From contig OZ024746.1 in the NCBI GenBank assembly GCA_964016885.1, positions 39,060,001-39,124,000 on the forward strand: a stretch of DNA of 64,000 nucleotides, in the 5' to 3' direction. How positions within the stretch are numbered: the first letter of the stretch is position 1; each line of letters begins with the position of its first letter. Below, piece after piece: positions 27,546 through 42,956 of the stretch. Position numbers and translations under genes: made by a program. Origin of the DNA: Eledone cirrhosa. Taxonomy: Eukaryota. The notes beneath the pieces were generated by a model, which was not told where the DNA came from, did no database searches, and was given only the letters and a program-made list of their open reading frames with translations.

Positions 27546-28103
27546 GGTGGCTGCCAACTCGTTTTCGAGTACGGCCACTACTTTATATCCATGTAGGAGA
27601 ACCCCTACCGATGCGCTGAACAAGTGTGACTTTTTAGTCCAGCCAACGACTTGAAAACTCTGGTACAAACACTACACTTGTGACAGTTATTGACACATAG
27701 TGCTGGGCCCATGGTACCATGTGATGACAAGTGCAGAGAGATCTGCAGATATAAAGCAATGCCTGTGCCGTGAAGCTTTTATAGTGAGCAAAGGCACTGC
27801 ACAAAGCCATCTTAACCAAGATGATATTTACCAAAAAGAAGAACAAGTCAACATCATTGGATACCATCAGGGTTGCAGGTGTTATATCAGAGTTTTCCTT
27901 CTCCTAGAATTCTGCCTTGACAAAGGCTAAGGGGTCATCTCTCCCGGTGATTTTGGATGGCCATTGACTCTTAAGAGCTCCTTTGCCCTTTGACAGGTTT
28001 TGTTTTTAGTCCTGCAGGATGTCCAAAGTCACCCTCCTTACCAAGAAACCTTGGTGGGGTTGCCAGTTTAGTCGCCAACGATCCGACCATGGGACAGGTT
28101 GTT
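27546..28103 (-). mobile_element. Tandem second copy of the RTE-derived element
   Basis: Near-identical to 26774-27337, separated by (TACA)n. Confidence 0.75.
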
Positions 28104-28501
28104 CATACATACATACATACATACATACATACATACATACATACATACATACATACATACATACATACATACATACATGTGCACAGACACACACTTTCCC
28201 GTCACACATAAGACATACTCACACACAACTATTTGGTCGCCATCTTGTCACCTTGGGTGAATTACGAAAAAGTCTTTATCAGAAATAAAGTATTTAGGAC
28301 GGAAGCCTGTCATAAGTGGCGTCGTATCTCTATGTTACAGAATAACACATCAGCCTTATTCCGGTTTAATATCAACACATAAGTAAACAAACAGATTAAA
28401 ATGATTTGGAGAAATATATAGAAGTCCCGTGAGAAATATCTAAAGTACACAGTTTCTGCTTTTGTAATTGTATGATTTTGTTGTTGTTGTTGTTTTTCGT
28501 A

Positions 28502-28556
<55 letters not shown>

Positions 28557-31500
28557 CGCGAAATGTAAACAGAAATAACAAAGCAGATAACACAGTACAA
28601 TAAAGAAATATATTATTGTAACGCTTGATATACTAGGAAAAGAGTATTTACGTTTCGGGCACAAGTCTTTCATCAGAAAATAGAATGAGAAATAAAAGTT
28701 GAAATGGAAAGATAGAGAGTGGGATGTGAGAGAAAAAGCACGCGAGCGTTCAGTCACCCATTGACTTTTACATATATAACTGCGGCTGTTTCTCGATCTT
28801 CTTCTTCTTCTTCTTCTCAAACACACCTTCCAGCGGGTCTTGTCAGAAGCAACCATCTCCAGCCTGATCCCCAAGCGAGACCAGTCACCTTGCTCAGGGT
28901 CTCCTGGTGGTTGGTTTTGTCCGTAAAATATGTCCAGCGATTCTTTCCTGAGACATTCTAACCACATGTCTGTAATAACGGAGCTGTGATCTCTCTGTTC
29001 GGAGAAGTAACGGCTCTAACAGGAGTGCCCTCTGATCTCCGAGTTATGCACTCTATCGAGTAACGTTATTCCATCCTTAATGATATATATTTACTAGCAG
29101 TGGTACCCGGCGTTGCACGGGATAAGGTATTTTGGAACGCGGGCCGCCAACAGACCTAATCGTGGAAAAACTGCATGCCTGGACAATATGTAAAGAAAAT
29201 AAACCGAATACTCTGATGGCTGGATAATCTTTAAGATTTTCTTCGGTGAAGCAGGAAAAATGCAGGTTTTCACCTAATGCGGGCCCTAGGGGATCAAGAA
29301 AATGAATATATTTTATGTGCATAATATGTCTTGAAATTTCGGAAATATCGCCTCAAAAAAGCCCTAAAAAGCCGAAAAAATGAAGTTTTTCACCTAATGC
29401 GTCCCTAGGCCATAAAAAGAGTCGGATTTTCTTTGCTCGCGATATGAAGAAGAGACTGACTAATACATAGTTACAATTTCAATGAAATCGGTCTGACGTA
29501 CCGCCTCAAAAAACTCCTAAAAACCTGAAAAACGCAGTTTTTCACCTAATGCGGGCCCTAGGGGATCAAGAAGTTCAATTTTTTTATGTGCATAGCACTC
29601 CCTGAAACATAAATTTGTAAAGTTTGAAAAAAGTCGGTTGGGTACTTCTCGAGTTTTAGGGATTCAAACTCACAGACACACACACAGACAGACATCCTCA
29701 GTTTTATATATATATAGATATATACTAGATATGTAACGAAGGTAGCTATTGTAGTCAAGCCTCATATCAGTTCTGACCAGACATCCTATCATCAAACGCA
29801 TTCTAGTAGCGGCTGTTACATATTTTATTCAGATAGAGATAATTATTGGCTTGATGCTTCAATGTGTTAAAATAGAATAACAATCTTGCAACAGTCTCTA
29901 AATTAGCCAGGTGTTGCTGGCTTGTTGTTTAACTTTCTACAGCTGTAATATATACTGGAGTTCCGACTTCTTTGTGACATACGTGATATGGTTTTAATGC
30001 AATTTATTTAAGTTCTTCACAGAATTCAAGTCGATTACTTACAAAGAGGCAAGACTGGGGTTCCGATTTCTTTGTAGCATGCGTTATATGGTTTTTCTTT
30101 GCGATTTCTTTAAGTCGTTCACCGAATTCAAACCGGATATTTACAAAGAGGCAAGCCATTTTTGCTTGAGTCAAGACTACTTCAGGGATTTGGAGATATG
30201 TGTTTGTCTGCACATATTCTTGAATTCAAACCGGATATTTACAAAGAGGCAAGCCATTTTTGCTTGAGTCAAGACTACTTCAGGGATTTGGAGATATGTG
30301 TTTGTCTGCACATATTCTTGAATTCATATACTGGGTATATATTTCTCTTTAGTGCACGCGTATATGTTTGATTATTTGTTATGCATATGTTTTTATGTGT
30401 GTGTATGTGTGTGTGTGCATTCCATATGCGCGGGTGTGAACATGAGCCTATGCAAATCCAAGGTTTGGCCGCCCTTATAATAAATATAAGTAGGATACGA
30501 AAAGCTAACAAATACTAAATATACAAAATAACGAATCACGTTTCACTTCTGTTATTGGAACGTTAGACCTGTTCTGGGTTCTGTTTCATCTAATTGCCGA
30601 CAACATAAGAACAGTGCTTGTAACTAGAGAATTACAACAGCTAAACATACCGTATTCTTCCGTGTATTGCGCACCAGAAAAATGACTAAATATTAATGCA
30701 AATCCTAGTCAGTCATTTACAAAGTGACCATGGGTAGTGTTAGAAATTGGTGCACTACAAAAGTAAAGCTACGTGTCATTGCTTATGTAGGAGTACATGG
30801 CAACCGGACTGCTAGCAGAGGGTTCAGGTAAAGACTGGCATAGACTAAAACAACCGTCTGTAGAAGTTACCCAAACAAAAGAGAGCAGAACGTGGGAGAT
30901 CAGCTAAATTCCCTGCACTTGAACAGAATGTTGTGCTTCAAAAATATAAAATGTATTTGATGTAATGCTCAGATATGTTATTATTGTTATTTTTTAAATT
31001 TTATTATTAACTTCGCAATAAAATACATCAGTCTGTCTATTATTTCTTTAATCTTTAATCGATTATTAGGTCAGGGCTGAGGACATGTTTTAGCATTCTC
31101 ACAACAATTCGACACTTCATCGCACACCCAGATACACATGTGATGGCAGAATATTTACAAATCAAAGACATAAAAACATAAAATACACGCATGGCTTTGT
31201 ATAACCTGTGGAATACACAGAAATATCAGACATAGATGAAACAACACATATACAGTATCAGTAAAATTTTATTCAAATATTTTATTACATAATATTGTAT
31301 AAGAAAAGATACGATAAAGTCATAAGGTACTCGGTGTTGGTTGATTCTTGATACAGATTTTCTGTTCTGCTGGCTGTTTTATTGGAATTAGTTACGGTGT
31401 ATACTTCGCACCCTCAAAACAAACACAGAAAAAGGGAACATCTCTGGGGTATACAGGGGAGAATACGGTAGAATAAATGCGGCGAATTAACAGAGTCTCT

Positions 31501-31644
31501 AGGGTATTGGATTAAAAATGTCTCGGTATTTATTTCGGCTCTTGGCGCTGAGTTCAAATCCCGCTATGGTTAACTTTTCCTTACACTCTATCGAGATCGA
31601 TAAAGAAAGTATCAGTCCAGTGTTGGGAGTTAGTTCTTTCCCCA

Positions 31645-31685
<41 letters not shown>

Positions 31686-32325
31686 AGTTAGGTGTTAAAT
31701 TGAAGGGCGCTTTATTTTCTGACGTAAAACTATCTGATGGCAAAGCAAGTTCCACTATTTCTTATTCACCCGTTTTGTTGAAGCAAAATAATGTGGAACC
31801 GAAAGATAATTCGATTAGTTTATCCTCAAATGAAAGACGTTTCAAAGAGTGTAGCTATGACTATATTCTACGTTTGAAAGATAAAAGTAAAGGGCCTTTA
31901 ACTCACAATAAAGTCATAGGGGCACCGCCCTGACACATGGGCTTTTTAAATCTGGTAGAACCTATCTAGATCTAAACATATTGATGTCATAGTACGCTGA
32001 GAAGATTATATTCACGGTGTTAGTATGTATGTGTGTTACGTAGTACTGAACATGACACTAAATACAAATTGTAACCCATGCAAGCCTGGAAAAATAAGAT
32101 GTTAAACGGTGATGATGATGATATTAATTCTGCTCAATCAAGGTTTTCCTTGGACTAAACAACAATAGCAAGAACAACATACCAAAAAACACATGGAACA
32201 AAATGCTGCTCTTAAACTACATTTATTATTTTAATAGATTTTAAGATGGCTTGAGGGTAAAATGTAAAAAATTCTATTGTTTGAAAACATTATGAGTGGC
32301 GAACGATTACATTGTATAAACACAT

Positions 32326-32390
32326 TTAACTTGGTTTTTCGGTTACCGGGCGTTTGGTGGTAACAGGAATTTCTTTCACAATATTCAAAT
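32326..32390 (-). CDS. Ig-domain gene copy B, probable terminal exon
   Basis: Paralog of 5038-5102, CCC>CCT synonymous. Confidence 0.6.
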
Positions 32391-32418
32391 CTGAAATAAA
32401 GCAGTAAAATTGAAATGA

Positions 32419-32471
<53 letters not shown>

Positions 32472-33362
32472 TAAAAGGAATTCCAACTTTGTCTGATTTA
32501 CTCGTTTTATTTACAATCCTTTAAAATTTATAATGGTATTAGAATGAAATAGTATGGTAGAATATTAAATGTTAAGTGTTAATTGAACAAGTAGTTTCAT
32601 GCTTTCGTAATCTTCAAGTTCATAATGTGTGGTGACAGTCAAGTTTGCAATTTTCAACTGTAATGAGATGGGTAAATTTTGCGCCTTATATACAGTGAAA
32701 AGTGGCTCCAGAATGCTAAATCTTGCAAACTGTATTTCGACCAATCGGTGTGTAGTTTCACTGGATTACTAAAGCTGATTAGTTTAGGCGTCACGGTTGG
32801 TTAAGCATGTCTAACGACTACTAATTGACCCTATCAAAAGCATCAATTGTTTTGCTATTTTTAGAGATGATGAAAATAGCATTTTCTAGTAATTAGAGCA
32901 AACATCACGAGCGCTCTATCTCAAAATTATTATTGAAAAGCATTAGAAATGCGCAACCGGTAAAATCTTAAAACTAAAACTGAATACTAACCAATACTTA
33001 TTACTAATTTATACTTTTTCCCAAATAAACTATTTTTCACTGGGAAAAATTTGCCAGCATTTTCTTTTCCTTTTACTAATATATATATATATATATATAT
33101 ATATAAACACATTGAGCTAATTCTGAAACTACTTGGCAATAATATACTATCATATATAATTCTCTACATGCATCTGACCTTTGCATCTCTCTCCCTCTCT
33201 CCGTATATATATATAAATATATATATATATACACATACACAATTTACGAATATCTCTGATGTTATTTCAGCAATCTCCAGCCATGACAATAAGCTTGCAG
33301 TTGTGAAACTACGTCTCGAGTTCAGAGTACACACACATAATATATATATATGTATATATATT

Positions 33363-33415
<53 letters not shown>

Positions 33416-33576
33416 ATATATATTTATATATGTATATATATATATATTTATATATGTATATATATATATATTTATATATGTATATATATATATTTATATA
33501 TGTATATATATATATATTTATATATGTATATATATATATATTTATATATGTATATATATATATTTATATTTATATT

Positions 33577-33608
<32 letters not shown>

Positions 33609-33750
33609 TATATATGTATATATATATATTTATATATGTATATATATGTATATATATATATATGTATATATATATATGTATATATATATATGTATATATA
33701 TATATATTTATATATATATATGTATATATATATATATGTATACATATATG

Positions 33751-33785
<35 letters not shown>

Positions 33786-33864
33786 GTATATATATATCAA
33801 TGTATTTATATATATATGTATATATATATATGTATATATATATATATTTATATATATATGTATA

Positions 33865-33895
<31 letters not shown>

Positions 33896-33898
33896 ATG

Positions 33899-33930
<32 letters not shown>

Positions 33931-33984
33931 TATTTATATATGTATATATATATGTATATACATATATATATATTTATAATATAT

Positions 33985-34630
33985 TGTGACAATGGGGCTT
34001 CCGTCTTTGTTTCCGCATTTGTCTATGTGTATCCGGAAAGACGAGGCCCTGGTTTTAGTGTGTTCCTTGATCCGGATGTGCAAAGGTCGGATTGTGCTAC
34101 CTAAGTAGTATTGGTTGCACCTGTCACATTCTATCTTATACAAGACGTATGTGCGTAGGCAACAGTTCGAATGGCGTATCGGGCAGTATCTGAGGGAGCA
34201 TGGGTCAGTAGATTTCCCGGGTTTCTTGGAGAGGCATTTTCGCAGGGAGGGGCCAGAGTGGGCCAGGTGGATGTCGAGGCTCTCTCTCCGTATAGCCTTG
34301 CGGATAGCGTTGGTGGTATTCTCGCCCATAGACAAATGCAGAAACAAAGACGGAAGGCCCATTGTCACAATTCTAGCGACTGAAAGAAACGTCGGCACGT
34401 TACGTATCAAGGAAGCGCTTTTTATCAAACGCCTACAACCGCAAATAAACAAACGATAAGAGAGAAGCGAAATGAGATGGCTGGTTTAAGCTAACAAACG
34501 ATGCAGCAACACACGCACACACCCACACACACACAAACGAGACAACTACACACACACACGCACACACACACAGTAGCATTCCACCATACGAACATACTAC
34601 ACTGCCAATACAGAGGAACAAGGCAACAAC

Positions 34631-34696
<66 letters not shown>

Positions 34697-34985
34697 AAGC
34701 GAGACAACAACACACGCACACACACACACACAGTAACATTTAACAAACAGGCAGAGAATGGACTGACAGCTAGCGCCACCCCACTCCTTCATTCGGCAGC
34801 TGACCTCTGCCCGACCGACCCCATTTCACGCGCACGCGCGCTCTGCCGAATACCTCAGATATTCTAAACAACAAACAGCGGAGGATGCGTTTCGCACCTG
34901 TCCGACAGAAAACCTTTCCCCCACCCCGGAAAACCCCCAGTTGATGGATGTGAATCCGAAATATATCTGAGTTTTTCATTCTCAG
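33985..34985. mobile_element. Penelope-like GIY-YIG inverted segment plus 3' end (copy B, no RT)
   Basis: [18 protein letters not shown]; matches 11407-12385. Confidence 0.85.
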
Positions 34986-35066
34986 TGTATACTGATTAAT
35001 GTCACTCACTCAGATGGTGGATGGGTGCTACACGGGAATACTGAGGATGGTTCTGAACATTAATCA

Positions 35067-35136
<70 letters not shown>

Positions 35137-35502
35137 AGGAACAAGAGGAGTAAAGAAGAAAGAATCCTTCGTGGGCTGTAACCCTCTTTCCAGCTCTCGT
35201 CTACGAGAGAGTCAATACGCTAAATACCGTCTTCTGGTTAGCGCACACCACCAGGCTTAAGTCTATCAGGTTTGTTACAACTTAATTATCCTATTTTTCA
35301 CGGTTACTTATTTGCTCGTTTCTTTGTCCTGTGTCTTCCCACGATGGGATCTGTTCACCTGTTTTTTCTCCTTTTGTTCCCTTTTCTTCCGCTCTCCTCA
35401 CCACCTTTCTCCCTTTGTTCTTCTTCCTCTTTCCCTCCCTTTTCTCTTCTTTTCCTCCTGGCCTTTTGATTAAGAAAATGCCTGGGGCGCACCTGATCGC
35501 TG

Positions 35503-35565
35503 CAGATGTCCTGTAAATAAACGCCGAAACATCTGAATCGCGGGTTTACAGCTGACGAAGGATTC
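35503..35565 (+). ncRNA. Candidate non-circularly permuted hammerhead (copy B)
   Basis: Identical to 12857-12919. Confidence 0.6.
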
Positions 35566-35628
35566 TTTCTTCTTTTCTCCTAACCACCATCCTAAACCTT
35601 GTTTTTAGTAACCACACATCTCCTTTCG

Positions 35629-35686
<58 letters not shown>

Positions 35687-35875
35687 TCATCGTTTAACGT
35701 CTATCTTCCACGCTAGCATGGCTTTAGACGGCTATATATATAAATATATATATATATATTATGTAATAGATACGACCACATCAGACAGCCAGTGTACAAT
35801 TTGTTCAACATGTCATATACCTTGGGTGGGTTTTGATGTTACCCCTCCAACGCTCAGCTGACATAATTATATATG

Positions 35876-35957
<82 letters not shown>

Positions 35958-36593
35958 GTTCTTAAGCTAGCACAGACATGATGTGTACGCACGGCTTGTG
36001 CCTGGATATTTCGTGCTTTAGGCTATAGCGCTACAATGTGCACCTCAATCGTACAAATAAAACTTTCAGATTACCACACTAACGAACTTAGTTTCTGATA
36101 ATTCATGCTCTGACCACATTAAGAACATTATAAGCTTGCATTTTCCACTCTGCAGTCTACACTCACCCATGCCAAATCATGTGACACGTTAGTATGCCAT
36201 ACAACCCTCTACAACGCTGTCATGTGGCAATAATGTTTAGTGATTTATTTATTGACTGCAGGAAATTATATATTTATGTTAATTATACACATTGTCACCT
36301 TCCCAATGACAATTTTTGTTCCTCTGTGTCTCTTTTTTGTTTTGATCTATTTTAAGTCATCTTGCATAACATTTGTATAAAACTGATCTTTTAAGGTTCG
36401 GTAATGCACCTTTGTGAAGTCAGCGTCTAAGGTGGCTGCCTGGTATATCTAATATAGCACCAGTTATATGCTGTGTGTATGGAAAATGCCAAATAATTGA
36501 AATACTGTACCACTTATTGTCAGAACCGATGAAAGTCCAGCAACAACAAAGAGCTCGACAGTAACGATGTTGAAAGAGAACAGACATACTCAC

Positions 36594-36730
36594 CAAACTT
36601 TAGTTCTGCTGGAGTCATAACATTAAAATCTCCGATACGTGATTGGCAGGTATACACTCCGAAATCCTCTGACTTAATTTGATAGTAGTTCAAATCGATG
36701 GCTGTATTGTTGACATATATGCTGCTTATC
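36594..36730 (-). CDS. Ig-domain gene copy B, exon 3
   Basis: Paralog of 14535-14671, DFGVYTC intact, M>I plus one synonymous change. Confidence 0.88.
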
Positions 36731-36813
36731 CTGCAAATAAAATATACACAGTTATCAGAGTAAGAATACATATATCAGAGTAAGAATACATATATATATA
36801 TATATATATATAT

Positions 36814-38884
36814 ATGTGGAAGACATGGAAACAATTTCTTGACATAAGAAAACAAAACTTCTGGAAAGCATACAGATGCGAAAAATATGTCGAAACACAT
36901 TCGAAAAGGCTCTCTCTAACGGCACCCATACTCCCTCGTAAATACCTAATTACAGAAATTGCAGGAGAACCAGAAGAAGAAACAAAACGCCGATGGGAAC
37001 TTATATTGACAAAATTCAGGACCGACATCTCCATTTCTCAATGTAAACAATCCCGCTACAAAGCCAAATATGAAGCTATCGATGACCAAATTGAAGTTGA
37101 AATTTCAAAGCTAACGACTGGTATTATAGCTGAAAAACTACGAGAACTATGGATCAAAAGAAGAAAACAAATCAAGAAAGGTATGGCAGCAGAAACAATT
37201 ATTTCTCGACGAATATGCTGCAAATTACGGTAAAGACTCTGGAACCCTGAGAAAAAGCATTAAAAGTGGACAATCTCGCCAACACAACATACGCCAGAAC
37301 ACGTGCCAACACAAACACTCACCTTACCTTGAATCAAAGAAGAACTACGCTAACAACTCTTCGTTTTTTCTACAAAAACACCCTAACGCACACAACATGA
37401 ACAAAAAGCACAAACACGATAGATATTCCTTTGACCAGACCATGAGAAGTAGTAAAATCAGGAGATCATTCTCAAGATCTCAATAGAGACTACCCACAAG
37501 GAACGGGGGAAAAAAGGTAGAATAACCAGATCACTCTCAAGATCTCAACAGAGATTACCCACAAGAAACTGGGCGAAAAAACGATCTAAACCTGAAAGCA
37601 AACCCAGGTCATTTCTCCACATTGTTAAAAATAATGCTAACAAGAAATGGAAAAATAATATACATAATACCCAAAATAGGACAAAATACATAACGAAACG
37701 AAATATAATATCACGACCAAAAGTTCATCAAGCGAACACCAACAGGAATATAAATCCTGAACAGAGAAAAATCCATTTTTTAACGTCAGGACAACAAAAA
37801 CCGGAAAAAGAAAAACTCCAGGAAGAAACATACCCAAAACAACTGTACACGTAGATCCTAAAATAATTAATTTATCCAAAAGAGATCTTGACAATGATGA
37901 AATGCAAATTCTGTCAAAAGGACTGAAATTCACACCGACTCCAACAGTCAACCACCAAGAACTGAAGGAGGATATCCAAGAATTCTGTCGAAAATTACGT
38001 CTTGTAGAATTCTTCGCTGATAAAAGTAATGAGAGTGATGAATCACTAGTAAAGAATAAATCAAATTTCACTCCGCCAAAAGGAAGAAATATCTATCTCG
38101 AGCAATACATTGATATCCTGTCTAAATTTCCTCTTAGACGTAATATTAATGTTAGGCCAAACATTAACAAATCAGAAATATCTGCACTTAAACGTATACA
38201 AAATGATAAAACAATAATAATTAAACAAGCAGATAAAGGGGGTGCAGTTGTTATAATGGATGCTGAATACTACAAGGATTTGGTTGAGGAACAACTGAAA
38301 GACACAACATTATATCATGAAATACCGTCAAATATAGACCACAACATCATGAAGAAGACGAACAACCTGGCTTCAAAATACCACAACTCACTTACTGATA
38401 AGGAAAGAGACTACATCACCAAATTTGAGCCAAAACCCAGCAACCTGTATGGCCTACCGAAAGTTCATAAGTCAAAAGAAATACAACTGGCAGTAAAAGA
38501 ACAAAACAGTGAGTACATTAAATTACTACATCCAAAAGACTTAAAACTTAGACCTATTATAGCTGGTCCAACATGCCCCACCCACCGTTTAAGCAATTTT
38601 GTTGACATTATTTTGAAACCACGATGTATTCACATACCCAGTTTCATCCGGGATGATATCGTCTTCCTGTCCCATCTTCCCAAAACCACGGAAACGAACT
38701 CACTTCTACTTAGTTTTGATGTGGTAAGCCTTTACACCAACATTACACATGATTTAGGAATAAAGGCGGTTAAATAGTGGGTGGAAAAACATAGAGAAGT
38801 GATTCCCATCAGATTCACAGCGCCATTTATATTAGACGCAGTTAAACTTATTCTGGAAAACAATACTTCCTTTGTCCAAACATG
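36814..38884 (+). mobile_element. Same Penelope-like fragment in copy B
   Basis: ORFs 36814-37233 and 37902-38777 with different disabling mutations. Confidence 0.88.
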
Positions 38885-39101
38885 AATTCGATTACTTTGC
38901 ATACATGCACACATACATACACACCTTACCCTGTAGGTATATCATACTTATCTTATGTAGCCAGATACCGTTCTTAAATAGTCTCACCTCAATACCAAAC
39001 AGAGGACTAGTTCATTCTGAAGTTTGTCAATGAAAAATATACCAGTGTATATAGGCAAAATTAAGCAGCGTACGAATCCCGAAAAATAACACAATATTTA
39101 C

Positions 39102-39288
39102 CTTACATTTCCTCCAACGATATATTCTTTATTTGGGTTTAACCAGAATATTCCATAAACTGAAAGGTTGCACTTCTGGGGAACCGCGCATGTTACTGTA
39201 CCCGAGTTTCCTACTCGAACAGAGAGTTTATCGTTTCTTGGATTGAGAACCAGTTGACATTCAGCTGGTAAATTCTCGGCTTTTAGAC
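39102..39288 (-). CDS. Ig-domain gene copy B, exon 2
   Basis: Paralog of 17051-17237, splice sites intact, P>S, S>P and R>G changes. Confidence 0.85.
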
Positions 39289-40842
39289 CTGAAGAAAGAA
39301 AATATCACAAAAGAAACAACAAAAAGACATGTAGAATGGTAAATTCAATGCTGTTCATATTCATATCTCTGTATTCTAAGTTTAAATCTCTTCGATTTCT
39401 ACTTTCACCCTTTCAGGGACGATAGTATATGTATGAGTCTTGCTGTCGATTCACCAGATAATACGTATCCAGACCATGCTGATATAGATTTATAGCTTTA
39501 GCATGATGCCGGAAGTTTGTAAGGAAGTGGGTATAGTATAGTCGATTGAATCGAAATTACAGCAGCCGATTTAGCTGAGACGTTAGAGCGTAAACGATTT
39601 TACATATGTTCTGTCTTTCTGAGAAAAAAAAAAATGTTTTGTTAAAGCAATTAAGAGACTAGAGCGACTTAGCTACTGAATCAAAAACAATATGACAACG
39701 AAGGGATGTATTATCAACTTATTTGCAATTGGTATGATTGTAAGGGTAAACAAAGCGAAAGCGCGTGACCTAGTGGGTATGGTGTTGGACTAACGATCGT
39801 AAGGGCAAGAGTTGGATTCCTGGACCGATTAAGCTATAGAAAATATTTTTTCATATATATTAGGGCATATTCACAATTTATCTAGGGCGGGTAAAATTCC
39901 CGCCATATCCTGCGTCTCCCAGTGACCAGTGTCTGACACTGGTCACGTAGGGCATCAATATGTCAACTTCGGTATCCCTCTTCTAGTGTGTTTGTGTAGG
40001 GGTTACCACAGGACCACTGAGTGCAGTGTCAACTCTGAATGTCAGTGAGCATGTCCAGCAAACCCCAGTCTCCTGTGTTGCTTTCGAGTTGACTTTTGAG
40101 AGGCTCACGTACATCCTCAGTACATACTGATTAATATATATATATATAATATATATATATATATATAGGGTTATTCCAAAAAAAATTGATATCAATGGCC
40201 TGTTGCCTAGGTTGTCACATTAAAATATAGATATAGTATAATTTTATTCTATGTAAAAATATGCCATGTAAATACAATTTATTAGAAAAAGAAAAAAGAA
40301 AATTTAGATTGAGAAGAAAGAATGGAATGTAGAATGAGAAAATATTAAAAAAAGTCGAAAAAGGAAGGGAATGGCCAGGGCTCTAGTGTCACAGAAGAAT
40401 GGGGAAGGGTGAGGAGGAAGGTGTTTGGCTCTGGTAATGTTGCTGCGGAACGCGGATAAGACTGCAAAAGCATTCCCGCGGACAATGGCCAGCGACACCC
40501 TACCTCGCGGAGCTCCTTCCTCAGATGGGTCACCAACATTCCGATCTTGCAGAGGAGCTCGACATTGCGGGGTCCAAGTACGACAGCGACTGGTGCGAAG
40601 AATAATTATCACAGGCGAAACTCCAGAGTAACAAGATTCACTTTTTAGCCTTAATATAAATGAGGACCGAGTAAGTTAGATTACCGATATAAAAGACAGC
40701 GAGAAGCGAAAACCAACCAAACAGTGAGTGTTCTGTTATTAATTCTGGCAATATTACACAAATATGACCCTCCCAAGTATAATAATATTTGTTTCGACAC
40801 ACGATTTCATATAAAAAACCTCGCAAAACTAATTCATCGCCG

Positions 40843-40890
<48 letters not shown>

Positions 40891-40970
40891 GAATGTTATT
40901 TCTCGCCCTAGCTGATACATACATGTAAGTATACCTACGTACACACACACATATATATACATATCACACA

Positions 40971-41046
<76 letters not shown>

Positions 41047-41087
41047 CTCACACATATATAGAGAGATGTACGTACATATGTGTGATG

Positions 41088-41122
<35 letters not shown>

Positions 41123-41190
41123 ACGTAGGCATACTTACATTTATGTATCAGCTGAGCTAGGGCGAGAAATAACATTCTAATTATATATAT

Positions 41191-41228
<38 letters not shown>

Positions 41229-41287
41229 CACAACAAATATTTCAATAACAGCATAATCGTTTTTTCTAATTATACTGTTTAACTTAC

Positions 41288-41348
41288 CTTGGAACTTAAC
41301 ATAGATCAGCAGAAGAAATATCACAAACTGTATTGGTTTGTACAGCAT
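41288..41348 (-). CDS. Ig-domain gene copy B, exon 1 (signal peptide)
   Basis: Identical to 19382-19442 with intact donor. Confidence 0.8.
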
Positions 41349-41627
41349 GGTTATTTCTGTAGTACTACAGGATAAACACTGCAGGTCAAGCTTCGGTTAT
41401 CTTAAAACTAATGTTTTCCACTGAAACGATTTCCTGTCTTTAACTGCTTACTGCTTTCTGTCGAATTCCCCGTGTTGACTTTTGCTTTTATATAGAGATG
41501 CCAATGTATAAAGTCGTCTCTTACTATAAGGAATGTCTTAACAACGACCATATGTATATATAATTAGTGAAAGAAAGGGAGTGAATGAAGTGAGTTTCAG
41601 TAAAAGAAGAGGGTGAGTGAGTGAGTA

Positions 41628-41676
<49 letters not shown>

Positions 41677-41712
41677 CGTGTAGGTAGTTAGATAGATAAA
41701 TAGATAGATAGA

Positions 41713-42433
41713 TATCTTTCTTTATTTGCCGCAGGGGCGTATAAAAATGGGACACTACAAGACGTGACGGCGAGGGTTTTACATAAAAATAACTTTAACA
41801 TTAATAAATAAAATAACAATAAACTATATATAATAAAATAACTATTGAAATCCCCAGTAGGGGGGAACGTTACTGCAGGGTTGTTTTACACCTCGTGGAT
41901 AGAACAACCCTCAACACAAGGAACACGTTGTGTAGGTGTTCCTGTCTTCCCTCTGTTTATATTCCTCAACCTACAGGTTTATATACAGAGAAGGCCCATT
42001 CACTCGGGCCATTTTTTCCACATTCACCCACCTTTCAGCGAATTTACTGGGGTGTAGCACCTCTCTCTCTCCACTCTCACCTTCCTTCTGAAGTGGTACT
42101 TAAAGAAGGGGATAAGTTGTTGTTGTCCGGAGAGAAAGGTGTTTGCCCTCAGCCCTTTTAACCTCGTCCACCATATTACCTCTTTCGCCATCGCCACCAG
42201 ACAGAGGAAAACCGCCTCTCCTTCGTTCTTAAATGAAGGCGGCAGGGTGATCCTCACGATGGACTCGGCTGACAACTAGATGCGTCCCACACGTGGCAGC
42301 AGCTGTTCGACACAATTCCACAGGTCGGTCACCCCTGGGCACCGAACAATTGCGTGCAGAACGGTTTCGATGTCCTGCTCGCATCTTGGACAGGTCATTT
42401 TGGCAGGATCTTTGCCAGGGCGTCCGTGCCTGT
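41713..42433 (-). mobile_element. Tx1/L1-like LINE 3' fragment inside (GATA)n, copy B only
   Basis: FLCLVAMAKEVIWWTR..FFKYHFRRKVRVERE, long 3' UTR, GATA repeats on both sides. Confidence 0.6.
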
Positions 42434-42883
42434 AGATAGATAGATAGTAAGACTGAAGAAATGTGGAAGGCTATTAAAGGGAACAAAAAGGAATTGAAAA
42501 GAGGAAAAAGAAGAAAAGCACCAAGCAACGACAGAAAGGAAGAGAGGGGGGCAGGCGTTACATCCCAATTTGAGCGGTGCCACAGCTGCACCTCACGGTG
42601 AAAATGGCCAGAAGATTGAAAGAAAGACACAATAAGACCCCACGCACACATACACATATTCATCTCAAGTCTGTGCCTGTAAATGTGTGTGTGTGAGAGA
42701 GTGTGTGTTATATATTTGTATATATAATTATACGATATATATATGGAGTGATGTGTCTTTCGTTTGTATTTTTATTTTCAAAAAATAATTTTTTAAGGTT
42801 TCCCCTTTAAAAAAATGTGTTTCGTTTTGTTTTGTTTTCGCTCCTTATCTTGTCCTCTCTTTGTTGATTTTCCTTAGTTTATC

Positions 42884-42951
<68 letters not shown>

Positions 42952-42956
42952 TATAT

